Positions 1-11,930 of a DNA stretch of 64,000 bases are shown piece by piece. Position 1 is the first letter of the stretch. Every line of letters begins with the position of its first letter. The stretch covers positions 416,001-480,000 of the forward strand of contig CAWCKY010000003.1 of assembly GCA_963796275.1 (NCBI GenBank), in the 5' to 3' direction. Position numbers and translations under genes: made by a program. The notes under the pieces were generated by a model. It saw only the letters and a program-made list of their open reading frames with translations. It was not told where the DNA came from and did no database searches. The stretch is from an uncultured Acidobacteriota bacterium (GTDB lineage Bacteria; Acidobacteriota; Blastocatellia; RBC074).

Positions 1-1
1 T

Positions 2-133
2 TGTACCATCTATGAGCACCGCCCTTCCGTGTGCCGCGAATACCCTGATTCGCGCCGGTGTCGTTATTACGAACTACTCAAATGGGAACGCGACCACCAG
101 GACGATGAGGATTTTATTCCCTTTCAGATATGA
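2..133 (+). CDS. YkgJ-family cysteine cluster (CxxCxxCC) protein, C-terminal fragment; the gene starts left of the window
   Basis: Hand translation from base 2 gives [44 protein letters not shown]-x-IY-x-x-RP-x-x-CR-x-YP is the YkgJ/UPF0153 signature. Not in the ORF track. Confidence 0.8.
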   Translation, partial: CTIYEHRPSVCREYPDSRRCRYYELLKWERDHQDDEDFIPFQI

Positions 134-172
134 GAGCCGGTGACCGAGATATTGCGTGGGCGGGCGGATTTA

Positions 173-1768
173 TTACAGCGCCCCTCCGCTATTCATTGCC
201 CGGCCGCCCAATCGCCCGGTCGTTCCGGCGCCTCGTCCCCCCGCTTCCCCTCCCGCCCTTAACCGCACCAGCGCAGCGCTCAATTCGCGCTGAAGATTCC
301 CGCAGATATGGCCGATATCGATCGTAGGGACCCCATCCATCAAATCCCGATAGAATGTGATGGCGCCCAAGCTCTTGCCGTCTTCATTGGTCAAAGGGAC
401 TCGTAGACTCCAGAACCGATCGGAGCCCGGAACCGCGTCCAAGGGCGTTTCGCCGCATTCCCAAACCCATATGATATGGTTTCCATTTCCGGCCCAACTG
501 CGATAACGCTTCGAATACGACTCGAAGAGCGGTTCAGCTTCGTGCAATTCAAGGGTGGCGCAATCGAACTCATCCGTCGTGAGCATATCATCGAGCGTCC
601 GGAAGAATTGATCGAGCGTGCGAGCGCCGATCAAACTATCGCTGGTGCGCCGCATGCTAGCATTCACGGCCAGAGCCCTGCGCCTGCGGGTTACTTCCTG
701 CTTGATCTGGCTCCCCAATTCGCTGAACTCGGCATAGCGCAGATGCTGGACGCCGAAGATGATCACCACGCCGAGCACGAAGAAGATCAGGGCCCCGATA
801 TTACGCAGCGGATTTAAAAGCATCAATCCGAATAGCGAAAAGAGTGCGCATACAGCGTAGAGCAAAATAACAGCCTGCCGCTGCGTCAATCCGCGCTGCA
901 GAAGCATGTGATGGATGTGTCCGCGGTCGCCCCTGAACAACGGGCGACCGCCCAGGAATCTGCGCGCGAGCGACAATCCGACCTCGATCACGGGCAGGCC
1001 GAAGGAAACCAGTGGAATGGCGATCGCTACGATGGTCGAGCCCTTCTGCGAACCAGCGAGAGACAGAGCGGCGGCCATGAATCCCAGAAAGAGACTGCCC
1101 GAGTCACCCAGAAAAATCGTAGCCGGGTTGAAGTTATATCGCAGGAATCCGACCACTGCCCCAACCAGCACGACCGAGAGCAGGCTGATTCCGGGGTTTC
1201 CTTGCGCAATAGAGAAGACCAGGATAGAGAGCAGAGCGAATACGGATGCGCCGGCGGCCAGACCGTCGATCCCATCGATAAGATTGAACGCATTCGTGAT
1301 GAGTACGATCCAGAGGGCTGTGAGAGGGAAGCTGAGCAGCAGCGGCAACTCCCAGGAACCTCCGAATGGCGATGAGAGATGCTCGATGCGCAGGCCGCCG
1401 GCATAGACCAGTGCCGCAGCGATCAGTTGAAAGAGTATCTTGATGGGCGCGGATGTCCCGCGAAAATCATCAAAGATGCCAAAGAGGAAGATGAGCGTTG
1501 CCGGCGCCAGCAGAGCGATCAGTTTAGGCAAACTCGTGCGGAAATTCTCCGTCACCAGGTTGCCGAAGAATGGGACGCAGAGCAACGTCAAAGCAAACGC
1601 CAGGTAAATTGCCACGCCCCCGAGCCGCGGCGTCGGGCGCAGATGGATGTGGCGACCGTTATCGGGCGTGGCGATAGCTCCCCATTCAGTCGCCTTGCGA
1701 CGCACGATCGGGGTTATCGACAAAGACACGAGGAACGACACTGTGAATAAGGTGAGATAAGTCCGCAT
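173..1768 (-). CDS. wecA: MraY/WecA-family undecaprenyl-phosphate HexNAc-1-phosphate transferase with ~170 aa soluble C-terminal extension
   Basis: Motifs TPRLGGVAIY, GIFDD, NAFNLIDGIDGLA, IFLGDSGS and DRGHIHH; about 11 TM segments. Confidence 0.88.
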   Translation of the reverse strand: MRTYLTLFTVSFLVSLSITPIVRRKATEWGAIATPDNGRHIHLRPTPRLGGVAIYLAFALTLLCVPFFGNLVTENFRTSLPKLIALLAPATLIFLFGIFDDFRGTSAPIKILFQLIAAALVYAGGLRIEHLSSPFGGSWELPLLLSFPLTALWIVLITNAFNLIDGIDGLAAGASVFALLSILVFSIAQGNPGISLLSVVLVGAVVGFLRYNFNPATIFLGDSGSLFLGFMAAALSLAGSQKGSTIVAIAIPLVSFGLPVIEVGLSLARRFLGGRPLFRGDRGHIHHMLLQRGLTQRQAVILLYAVCALFSLFGLMLLNPLRNIGALIFFVLGVVIIFGVQHLRYAEFSELGSQIKQEVTRRRRALAVNASMRRTSDSLIGARTLDQFFRTLDDMLTTDEFDCATLELHEAEPLFESYSKRYRSWAGNGNHIIWVWECGETPLDAVPGSDRFWSLRVPLTNEDGKSLGAITFYRDLMDGVPTIDIGHICGNLQRELSAALVRLRAGGEAGGRGAGTTGRLGGRAMNSGGAL

Positions 1769-1783
1769 ATTTTATTCATCTTT

Positions 1784-3076
1784 TCAATCGTCGGCTGCTG
1801 GTTGAGAATTGGCTTCGATCGTTTTTTTATCCCTGGATAACGATAGTGTCGATTGATGATCTAATGTCGAGGAGAGGGAATTGAGATAGTCTTCTGCGAG
1901 CGCCGAGCGCAGATAATGTGTTTTCGCGAAGCGTTGACCGTTCAGGCTCAATCGCCGCCGCAAACCCGTGTCAGCCCTTAATCTGCAGATCGCATCGATC
2001 AGGGCTTCGCTGTCCTCAGGTTCAATGCATATCCCCGCATCAGCGCGGGTCACGAGCTCGGCTGCCTCGCCCGCTACGCTGCAAATGATGGGACAACCCG
2101 TTCCCATCAATTCGAAGAGCTTGGAGGGAAGGACTTTTTGAAATACCGGTAGCCGTTTGAGCGGCACAATGCTCACGTCGCTCGCGCGATAATAGGCCCG
2201 CAGCGCTTCGCGCGGTTGTTCGTCGATGAACGTCACGTTGCTCAGGCTCAACTCGGCTGCCCGTCTCTTTAAACGCTCTTTCTCCGCGCCTTCTCCGACG
2301 AAGAGAAAATGAAGAGCGGATTCCGATTGCAATCGCCCAGCCGCTTGCAGTACGACATCCAGCGCGTGCGACATCCCGTGTGTGCCGATATAAGAAACGA
2401 TGAAGCTGTCGCGCAGTTTTTGTCGTATCGGTGGCGGCGTGCCGTCTGCGTCCGCGAGATATCGGGCATCGATGCCGTTGGGAACACACTTGATTTTTGT
2501 GGCAGGGATGCCTTTGCCGATGAGATAAGAAGTTGTCGATTCGGCGACCACCACGATCAATCGGGCGCGGCGATAAAGGAATAGCTCGATGGCTTCAAGG
2601 CCGCTGATAATCAGCGGGTTTTTCAGTGCGCCGAGTTCGACCGCCGATTGCGGCCAGATGTCCCGTACTTCGAAAACAAAGGGCGCACGCTTGACGATAC
2701 TCAGTAAATAAGCGGCCGCCGCGCAGAAGAATTGCGGCGATGTGCCGATAATTACGTCCGGCCTCCCGGTCATCAGAAAACCGAGGACCAGCGAAGAGAA
2801 AAAGAAAGAGAAGAAATTCAAAATGCGTCTGAAGAAACCTTTGTTCGCAGTGCAATAGACCCAGGTTCTGAGCAGCTTTATTCCCTCGATATTTTCGCTT
2901 TTAACGAAATATCCGCGATATTCGGGCCGGATGTTGCCGGTCGGATGGTTGGGGAAACCGGTGATTACCGTGACGTCATGGCCGAGGCTGGCCCAATGCC
3001 GCGCGTGCTCGAATGTACGCGCTGAAGGCGCTCCCATCTCGGGAGGAAAGTATTGACAAAGAAATGTGATTTTCAC
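1784..3076 (-). CDS. GT4 glycosyltransferase (WbuB-like)
   Basis: QYFPPEMGAPSARTFEHA, TGFPNHPTG, FEVRDIWP, LPSKLFELMGTGCPII. Confidence 0.88.
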   Translation of the reverse strand: MKITFLCQYFPPEMGAPSARTFEHARHWASLGHDVTVITGFPNHPTGNIRPEYRGYFVKSENIEGIKLLRTWVYCTANKGFFRRILNFFSFFFSSLVLGFLMTGRPDVIIGTSPQFFCAAAAYLLSIVKRAPFVFEVRDIWPQSAVELGALKNPLIISGLEAIELFLYRRARLIVVVAESTTSYLIGKGIPATKIKCVPNGIDARYLADADGTPPPIRQKLRDSFIVSYIGTHGMSHALDVVLQAAGRLQSESALHFLFVGEGAEKERLKRRAAELSLSNVTFIDEQPREALRAYYRASDVSIVPLKRLPVFQKVLPSKLFELMGTGCPIICSVAGEAAELVTRADAGICIEPEDSEALIDAICRLRADTGLRRRLSLNGQRFAKTHYLRSALAEDYLNSLSSTLDHQSTLSLSRDKKTIEANSQPAADD

Positions 3077-3199
3077 TTTTTGTTAAAGGTGAATATTGAA
3101 AGTCAGGAGGCAAGCAGATAAGGGGAGAAAATGAATATTGCGGAGGCTCTCCCTATCTTAAATTCTCTCTCTGCTCTCTCACCCTTTGGGGGGAATCCG

Positions 3200-4963
3200 C
3201 TATCGGCGCATGATTTTGTACCCGAACGCCTTTTCGTTTGTAGTGCGATACTCGATACAGATCGTTGCGTTTCGCCTTGCAATTCCGAAATCAGGGAAAT
3301 ACCACCCTTGAATCGGCCCTTCGCCGCCACTGATTATCTGCAGGCCACTTGCTCCGAATGTTTCTATCAAAATCTCCGTCTGGCCGAAATTGCACGCGAC
3401 CGTGAGCCCCTCCCTGGCATTGACCTGCACGTCCGGGTGCAGATGAATGAAACTCGTTGCCTTCTCGGAAGCGCCAGATACCAGCCGGTCTGTGATATGC
3501 CATTCCCCGCTTGCTTCGCGTTCGATCTGCCGTTCGTGAATCAGTCGTGAATCGTAATAGGGCCGGTATTTAGCGCGGAAACGCCAGCTCCGCCGGTCTC
3601 CCGACACTTCTACGCCGACGACTCGTGCCCGCCGCGCCATTCGAAAAGTCCCCCATATTTCCGATTGTTCGCGGCCATCGAACATGACGGTGTTGTGCGC
3701 GCGCGTCGAACGGGAGTATTCGCGAAAGCGGTCTTCGCCATAACCGTGAACTCCGGAATCGACTATGAATGGTGCGCCATCGAGCCACAGTTCATAACTC
3801 GCGAGATCGCAATGCGCGTGCGCGGAGTTGTAACCGGCTGAAGGTGGCCCCGCATCGACTATGATCTTCTCCCGTTCATCGTTTGAGACCCAGATGTAGT
3901 AACCGGTTTTTGAAAAGGAGAGCGGAACGTGGCTTTCAAAAACGCCTGCGATCCGGGCTGAAGATTCGAGGATCGGTTTCGGCTTGCACTCTCCGGCATT
4001 CGCCGAGTCGTTGAAGAGCGCGAGCGTCCCGTCAGGATAGCTCATCGCATCGAGGAATCGCGCCATCGTGCTCAATTTCGCTTCAATACCACCGTGCTTG
4101 GGAACCCGATCGCAGGCTCTCAACAATGCGTAGCTCTCCAAGAAATCGGTCAAAACCTGGGTGTGATACATCGGAGAGCGTTCGTAATGCCCGCCGTCTT
4201 CCAGTATTTGTTCGTCAAATTCGCGCCACAACAGACTTTCACCTTTACCCAGCCATTTTTTGTTGTTGAAGAACAACCCGCCGACCACCAGCGCCTTCAC
4301 GTTTTTGAGGAGATGGTTGGCGAGATGTTGATATTCTAGATGGAAATGCAGGAAATCGAGCTGTTGGTTTATGCTCCCACGCCATCTCTCCAGAAATTGT
4401 CGATCATCGAAGCAACCTGAGATGAGCGAATACGCATAGATCCAATTGACTGTGCGCAGAGAGAGCGGATACGGATCCCAACCGTCGCTCTTTCCAATCC
4501 GGGCCTCTTCGATCCAGCTGATGATCAATTTTCGACAGGCTTGCAGGGCGCACTCATCGCCACGTTCGACGAGCGCGCGCGCAGCCGGAACGGCGTAGTT
4601 GAAGTAGTGGAGCTGGTAATTCCAGAGATGGCTTTCATACCTGCGATTCCAGTCAACCGGATCTATCTCCAATGAACGATTGAGGAATGTGAACCGATGG
4701 TCGATCAGGTCTTGTAACTGTTGATCGTGATCTTCAATCGGCCGAACAAAAAAATAGTTTTCCAGAACCGACCGAATAATCCCACTGGCGCCAGGCGCGG
4801 TTAGCGGTGCAGTTGTCCGCACATCGGTCCATCGCGATGTCGATTGTGGGACAGCTTTGTAAAATCGATATTGCGCCATTCGCAATGGGCGATACGCCAG
4901 CTGTTGCCAGCGCAAATGCCTGAGCGTTCGAAAGAGCCTGAGAGAATACGAAACTGGCATCAA
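3200..4963 (-). CDS. Heparinase II/III-family protein (WeeF-like)
   Basis: LWNYQLHYF, ANHLLKN, DGGHYERSPMYH, HAHCDLASYEL, RSTRAHNTV. Confidence 0.88.
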   Translation of the reverse strand: MMPVSYSLRLFRTLRHLRWQQLAYRPLRMAQYRFYKAVPQSTSRWTDVRTTAPLTAPGASGIIRSVLENYFFVRPIEDHDQQLQDLIDHRFTFLNRSLEIDPVDWNRRYESHLWNYQLHYFNYAVPAARALVERGDECALQACRKLIISWIEEARIGKSDGWDPYPLSLRTVNWIYAYSLISGCFDDRQFLERWRGSINQQLDFLHFHLEYQHLANHLLKNVKALVVGGLFFNNKKWLGKGESLLWREFDEQILEDGGHYERSPMYHTQVLTDFLESYALLRACDRVPKHGGIEAKLSTMARFLDAMSYPDGTLALFNDSANAGECKPKPILESSARIAGVFESHVPLSFSKTGYYIWVSNDEREKIIVDAGPPSAGYNSAHAHCDLASYELWLDGAPFIVDSGVHGYGEDRFREYSRSTRAHNTVMFDGREQSEIWGTFRMARRARVVGVEVSGDRRSWRFRAKYRPYYDSRLIHERQIEREASGEWHITDRLVSGASEKATSFIHLHPDVQVNAREGLTVACNFGQTEILIETFGASGLQIISGGEGPIQGWYFPDFGIARRNATICIEYRTTNEKAFGYKIMRR

Positions 4964-5059
4964 GGTTATGGAAACAAAGAAATCATCAGGTACAAAATGG
5001 GCAAAGAAATTTTTGCTCCTTTTGTCTCCGGTTGCCTTTTTTGCTTCCTTTCTTAAATT

Positions 5060-7207
5060 TCAAATCTCAAATTTCAAATCCACGGTCTCCGGTCTACCGC
5101 TTCCCAGCGCATCGACGATCCTCAGGGTTGTCACCGTCGTCAAGACCTGGCTTCGCCACGAGATCGGCAAATCGCCGCCGGTTAACGCTGTATGTAAGAA
5201 CGCCGACAACTCCCGATCGAATCCCTTATCCTGAGCCAGCTTCTTTACGACTCTGCGTTTTCCTTCCTTCCACATTTCGAGCGCGCGAAAATCGTCGAGC
5301 GCGGCGATGCGATTTCCACCGTAGACCTCAATTCGCTCTTTGGGATAACTTTTATCGCCGGTGGCGAAATAATTGATGTTCCCGATAGAGCCGTCGCTCA
5401 TTTTGATGACGATGCTCAAAGTGTCCATGCCACACGAGCTCTGGTACGCGAAGGTTTCGATCGGCTCTGCATCCGTGAGGAACTGCATGTAATCGACGAA
5501 ATGGCATACTTCACCCAGGATACGGCCGCCGCCCTCCTCACCCTGAACCCAGCTCTCCTTCGGAACAGCGCCGGCATTGATCCGATAAGTGATTGCAAGC
5601 GCACCCGCGCCGTCAAAAAATCTCTTCAATTCGTCTGAAAGGGACGAGAATCGCCGATTGAATCCAACCATCACCCGTCCATTAGATCGCCCCACCGTTT
5701 CTGAAACCTCTTGCAAATCCTCCTCGCTGATCGCCAGCGGCTTTTCCAGGTAGACGGTTTTCCCAGCGCGCACGGCCTCTGCCGTTATCCGTGCGTGCGT
5801 GTCGTGGCGGGTCGCAATGAAAACGGTATTGATCTCGTTGTGAGAGAGCAATTCGCGATAATCGGTTGTACAGAAGCGAAAACCGTATTTTTCACCGGTG
5901 GCTTTTGCATTTCTGCCCGTCGCAGTCGCGATGGCGATGAGGCTTATTTTTTTTGCCCTTGATAGCCGCGGCAACAGGATGCTCCTGGCGAAGTTGCCCG
6001 CTCCGATCAGGCCGAGTTTGAGCTCGGCCAGGTCAACCCTGCTATTCAGAGCAATTGTTCTCGAGAGGGCCACTCGACCTCGCGTCTCATCATATTTCAG
6101 CAGGATACCGAGATACGGTTCCTTGTTTTTTCCGGCGATCAGTTCATATGCGGTTTCTGCCCGGGCTATCGGGAAGCGATGCGTAATCAACGGATCGAGT
6201 ATGACGGCCTTCGTCGAAACCAGCCTCAGAAATTCCTGCATGTTCCGTCGTTCCGTCCAACGCACATAACCGATTGGATAATCGATCCCGCGCTCTTCAT
6301 ATTGCGCGTCATATCGTCCCGGGCCGTATGACCGGGAGAGACGCAGCTGCAGCTCTTTTTCGTAATAGATTTTGCGAGGGACATCGAGAGGCGCCGCGCC
6401 CACGACTGAAACGATCGCACGGTCGCGCGCCAGCGTTCCGGCCAGCTCGATCGGATCGCTCGTCTCCGCAGCCGCCGTCATGACTATCGCATCGACGCCA
6501 TAGCCTCCCGTAAATTGTGCGACAGCTTCCAGGACATCGCCATTGCGCGAGACGGCCGCATCGGCCCCAAGAGCGCGGGCCAATTCGATGCGAGCCGAAT
6601 CGAGGTCGATCCCGATCACGCGGCAGCCTGCAGCTTTTAATATCTGCACGGTCAACTGCCCGACTAGACCGAGACCGATCACCGCGGCTGAATCGCCGAG
6701 TTTCAATTCCGCTGTCCGGACACCCTGTAGCGCGATCGCTCCGAGTGTAACGAACGCGGCTTCATCGAAGCTCACTCCCTCAGGAATATTGACAGCCAGG
6801 TTTTTCGGAATGAAAACAGTTTCGGCATGCGAGGCATAGTTCATCCCGGCGCAAGCTACGCGATCGCCGACCCTGAACTCATGCGCGCCGCGGCCAACCT
6901 CGCGCACGATACCGGCGCAACTGTATCCGAGCGCGAGCGGCGTCTCCAGACGGGCTTTCACTGTCTCTATCGTGCTTATCAACCCGTCCCGTCTTAGTTT
7001 GTTGACCACCTGTCGCACCAGGTCCGGCCGCTCCCTGGCTTTTCCAACCAGAGTCTTTTGTGCCAGTTCGATCACCATCTTCTCGGTCCCCGCGCTGATC
7101 AACGATGCGGCGTTGCTTACGAGGATGCCGCCACTATGGCAGATGGTTTCCGGCACCTCATCGACTTTGAGCTCGCCGGAGCGGAAGTTTTGAATGACTT
7201 GTTTCAT
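5060..7207 (-). CDS. Bi-domain oxidoreductase (MDR/alcohol-dehydrogenase-like plus Gfo/Idh/MocA), WeeE-like
   Basis: SLISAGTE, LGYSCAG, GLGLVG and SRSYGPGRYD, then GAGNFA, EKPLA, VGFNRRFS and GEVCHFVD. Confidence 0.9.
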   Translation of the reverse strand: MKQVIQNFRSGELKVDEVPETICHSGGILVSNAASLISAGTEKMVIELAQKTLVGKARERPDLVRQVVNKLRRDGLISTIETVKARLETPLALGYSCAGIVREVGRGAHEFRVGDRVACAGMNYASHAETVFIPKNLAVNIPEGVSFDEAAFVTLGAIALQGVRTAELKLGDSAAVIGLGLVGQLTVQILKAAGCRVIGIDLDSARIELARALGADAAVSRNGDVLEAVAQFTGGYGVDAIVMTAAAETSDPIELAGTLARDRAIVSVVGAAPLDVPRKIYYEKELQLRLSRSYGPGRYDAQYEERGIDYPIGYVRWTERRNMQEFLRLVSTKAVILDPLITHRFPIARAETAYELIAGKNKEPYLGILLKYDETRGRVALSRTIALNSRVDLAELKLGLIGAGNFARSILLPRLSRAKKISLIAIATATGRNAKATGEKYGFRFCTTDYRELLSHNEINTVFIATRHDTHARITAEAVRAGKTVYLEKPLAISEEDLQEVSETVGRSNGRVMVGFNRRFSSLSDELKRFFDGAGALAITYRINAGAVPKESWVQGEEGGGRILGEVCHFVDYMQFLTDAEPIETFAYQSSCGMDTLSIVIKMSDGSIGNINYFATGDKSYPKERIEVYGGNRIAALDDFRALEMWKEGKRRVVKKLAQDKGFDRELSAFLHTALTGGDLPISWRSQVLTTVTTLRIVDALGSGRPETVDLKFEI

Positions 7208-7314
7208 TTGCTAGAAATGTAAAAGGGAACCGAGAAGTACCAAAAGAGGCAAAATTTGCAATTTTTATCGCCTTGCCTTATTACACTGGGAATTATGTTT
7301 CTTGTTGATCGACC

Positions 7315-7395
7315 AATCAGTACCCCGAGCGGTAGCGAGCGTTGTACTCGAGCCAGTTGATTGAGACACGCTCGCTACCGCTCGCGGTACTGATT
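7315..7395. repeat. REP-like inverted repeat doublet (28 bp arms, 25 bp spacer)
   Basis: aatcagtaccccgagcggtagcgagcgt at 7315-7342 pairs with acgctcgctaccgctcgcggtactgatt at 7368-7395 with one mismatch. Confidence 0.85.
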
Positions 7396-7467
7396 CGAAC
7401 GCCGTTTAAACATCAATTAACTTTGTTTCCAAAGTACATATCCTACCCGGCTGCTTCCATCTCACCT

Positions 7468-9372
<1,905 letters not shown>

Positions 9373-9397
9373 AAAATCAGTTAGTTATCTGAACCGT

Positions 9398-9630
9398 GTG
9401 CAATTAAAGTCCAAAAGAATCAATAGTCTTGCATCTCAGCGCCGGAGGCGCGTAATCTCTATAGTTCACGATCCTAACCATAATCCGAGCTCCGGAGGAG
9501 CGACATATGAATGCTTATAGATCGCTCCTCCGGAGCTCGTGAGAATTTTGGTGATCGAATACTATAAACATTCCCGCGCCTCTGGCGCTCAGGTCCGAAG
9601 ATACTGATTCCAATGATCTTTCATTTGCAC
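9398..9630. mobile_element. Non-autonomous REPIN/MITE-like element with nested inverted repeats (copy 1)
   Basis: Three nested IR pairs: gtgcaattaaag/ctttcatttgcac, agcgccggaggcgcg/cgcgcctctggcgct, and cgagctccggaggagcga/tcgctcctccggagctcg. A related copy lies at 18959-19150. Confidence 0.72.
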
Positions 9631-9705
9631 GTCTTTAGTTAGTTACCGAGGTTTCAATCGCACGATGAACTACGGGATGCCGACCGAACCAGCAGTAATG
9701 ACTGA

Positions 9706-10683
9706 TTAAGCCGATTTATCGGGCTTTCCCGTCGTGCGAACAGGCCAACCGTTTGAGGGCTGGTGGTCTCGGGAAACGTTATCCCGAGGTCGTTCGTTCA
9801 AACCGCTTGCCTGAAACTCATATTCATACAGCTTCGCCGCAATGACAGCCTCATGCATCGTCATCAGCGTGCAGAAGATCATGCCCGGCTTGCCATCGAG
9901 GAACCCCAGCCTGATGAAGTACATCCAGATGAAACGCAGTAATGGCCTGAACGGTAGTCGCGCCCATAACCGTTTAATATACCGTTTGCGCTCGAGCGGC
10001 GATCCCAGCAGACTTGCTCCGATGCTGTTCGATCCATCCTCGCCGCGAGCAAGGTTGTGGTAAACGCGTGCGTCCCAGTTAGAGTAACGATTGTGACGCT
10101 CGATGAAGTGATAAACGCTTTTGTAGTCCTCGTGTATAAGATCGTTCCCGAGATATTCGGCGCGCCCTCGCAAAACCACGTGTTCGTGAGCCTCCACGTC
10201 GCCGGCGTTTTCGACGTCGTCCGTTTCCAGTCGCTCGTATCTTCCCAGCCTATGTTGAAACAAACGCATGTTCCAGCTCGGATACCACCCGCAGTGCTTT
10301 ATCCAGCGCCCGAGGAAGATAAGTCTGCGGTTGAGATAATAGCCCTCCGCTTTATCGCGGCGGCCGAGGATGTCACGGATTTCAGCTGCCAGTTCAGGTG
10401 TCACGCGCTCGTCACAGTCGAGTATCAACACCCACTCATATTTGAAAGGGATATTTTCCAGGGCCCAATTCTTTTTCTTGGGATGGCCGCCCGAATATTC
10501 GAATTGAACGATCTTGTCCGTGTAGCCTTTTGCGATATCTATCGTGCGATCGCAACTCTGTGAATCGACAACCCATATTTCATCGGCCCAGACTACGCTC
10601 TCAAGGCAGGCGGCTATATTGCGTTCTTCATTTTTAACCGGTACGAGAACCGACAGCGGAGCTTTGGATGATGTATGCGTCAT
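9706..10683 (-). CDS. GT2 glycosyltransferase (KdtX/WaaE-like beta-1,4-glucosyltransferase group)
   Basis: PVKNEERNIAACLESV, VVDSQSCD, LDCDERVT, GFLDGKPG. Confidence 0.9.
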   Translation of the reverse strand: MTHTSSKAPLSVLVPVKNEERNIAACLESVVWADEIWVVDSQSCDRTIDIAKGYTDKIVQFEYSGGHPKKKNWALENIPFKYEWVLILDCDERVTPELAAEIRDILGRRDKAEGYYLNRRLIFLGRWIKHCGWYPSWNMRLFQHRLGRYERLETDDVENAGDVEAHEHVVLRGRAEYLGNDLIHEDYKSVYHFIERHNRYSNWDARVYHNLARGEDGSNSIGASLLGSPLERKRYIKRLWARLPFRPLLRFIWMYFIRLGFLDGKPGMIFCTLMTMHEAVIAAKLYEYEFQASGLNERPRDNVSRDHQPSNGWPVRTTGKPDKSA

Positions 10684-11930
10684 TATTTTTGCGCCTCGGC
10701 GGGGTAGGGGGGATGTTCCTTGAGTTTACATGAGTTCGTTGAGACCAGTACGCGCTCGACGAGTGCAAGCAAATCTCGAACATGCTGATCCCATGAGAAA
10801 TGCTTGATTCGCTCCGAGCCATTCAGCCTGAGCCGCTCTCTCAGCCGTTGGTTCGTCAGCACTTCAACGCAACGCCTCGCCAATTCGTTTTCGTCTAAAA
10901 CATCGAAATAGATTGCCGCCTCGCCGCATACTTCGCGATGCACGCCGAGATTTGCGGTAACCACCGGCAGCGACATAGCCATCGCCTCGACCAGTGGGTG
11001 AGAGAAACTTTCAGCATATGACGGACAAACGAATAGATCGCAGAGACGATAAAGCTGGTGCAGACTGTCATATGGCAAACTGCCGAGCATCGCGATGTTT
11101 TCGTTGACATCGAGCCTGTCGATTAAATCAGCAGCAAGCGTGGCATCGTAACCGCCGTAAACAGCGCCCCGCCTGATGTCGGCCGTCAATATTAATTGGA
11201 TATCTTTGGCTTCCTTCACCTTTATCTCCTTCTTGATGATCGGAAGCGCGCGAATCAGCGTCTCGAAATTTCTGAAATAGTTGTAATGGCTAACATAGAG
11301 TAGGCGATAGCAATTATCACTCAAATTTAGCTTCGAATATCGTTCGGCCGATAACGGCTTGTCATTCGCCGTGAATAGCTGGTGGTCAAAGCCGAAGCGC
11401 AAAACCTCGAATCTTTCAGATTTCAACCCGTTTCCGGCTCGTATCCGATCGCGAAAAGCTCTCGTCGGGGTGATATTGATATCCGCCTGTTTGACGGAAA
11501 TGCGTGCTAGCTGGCTTTTTAGACGATGTTTGATGAGTTCGCGATAAAGTCCTCGCGCCTTCAAGTCGTTTTCGAAATAAGCGGAAAAGTAGAGTTCGTT
11601 GCGGCTGAAAAGTATCTGAGGGATCGGTGAAGAGAGGAGAGCGAAGTTACCAAGAGAGACCAGCACATCGATCTTTCGCGATTTGATGTAACCGCGCAGA
11701 CTCGTTTGTTCCCAAAACCAGCGACCGAGCAGGTTACCGCCGGATTGAACTGTCTCAATACTCATCCGCTCACCGGTGAAGCAGGCATAATCCTCAAGGT
11801 GCTCTGACGGGACCAGGACGACAAATCGGTTGTTATCTTCACCCCCGCACAATCTGGGTAACACATTTCTCAGATAAGTAATCCCGCCGCCCGCGGTCGA
11901 AGCGAGAGCGTTAAGAAGCACATTGCCCAT
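10683..11930 (-). CDS. GT4 glycosyltransferase
   Basis: PSYAESFSHPLVEAMA is the EX7E motif; GT-B layout. Confidence 0.88.
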   Translation of the reverse strand: MGNVLLNALASTAGGGITYLRNVLPRLCGGEDNNRFVVLVPSEHLEDYACFTGERMSIETVQSGGNLLGRWFWEQTSLRGYIKSRKIDVLVSLGNFALLSSPIPQILFSRNELYFSAYFENDLKARGLYRELIKHRLKSQLARISVKQADINITPTRAFRDRIRAGNGLKSERFEVLRFGFDHQLFTANDKPLSAERYSKLNLSDNCYRLLYVSHYNYFRNFETLIRALPIIKKEIKVKEAKDIQLILTADIRRGAVYGGYDATLAADLIDRLDVNENIAMLGSLPYDSLHQLYRLCDLFVCPSYAESFSHPLVEAMAMSLPVVTANLGVHREVCGEAAIYFDVLDENELARRCVEVLTNQRLRERLRLNGSERIKHFSWDQHVRDLLALVERVLVSTNSCKLKEHPPYPAEAQK

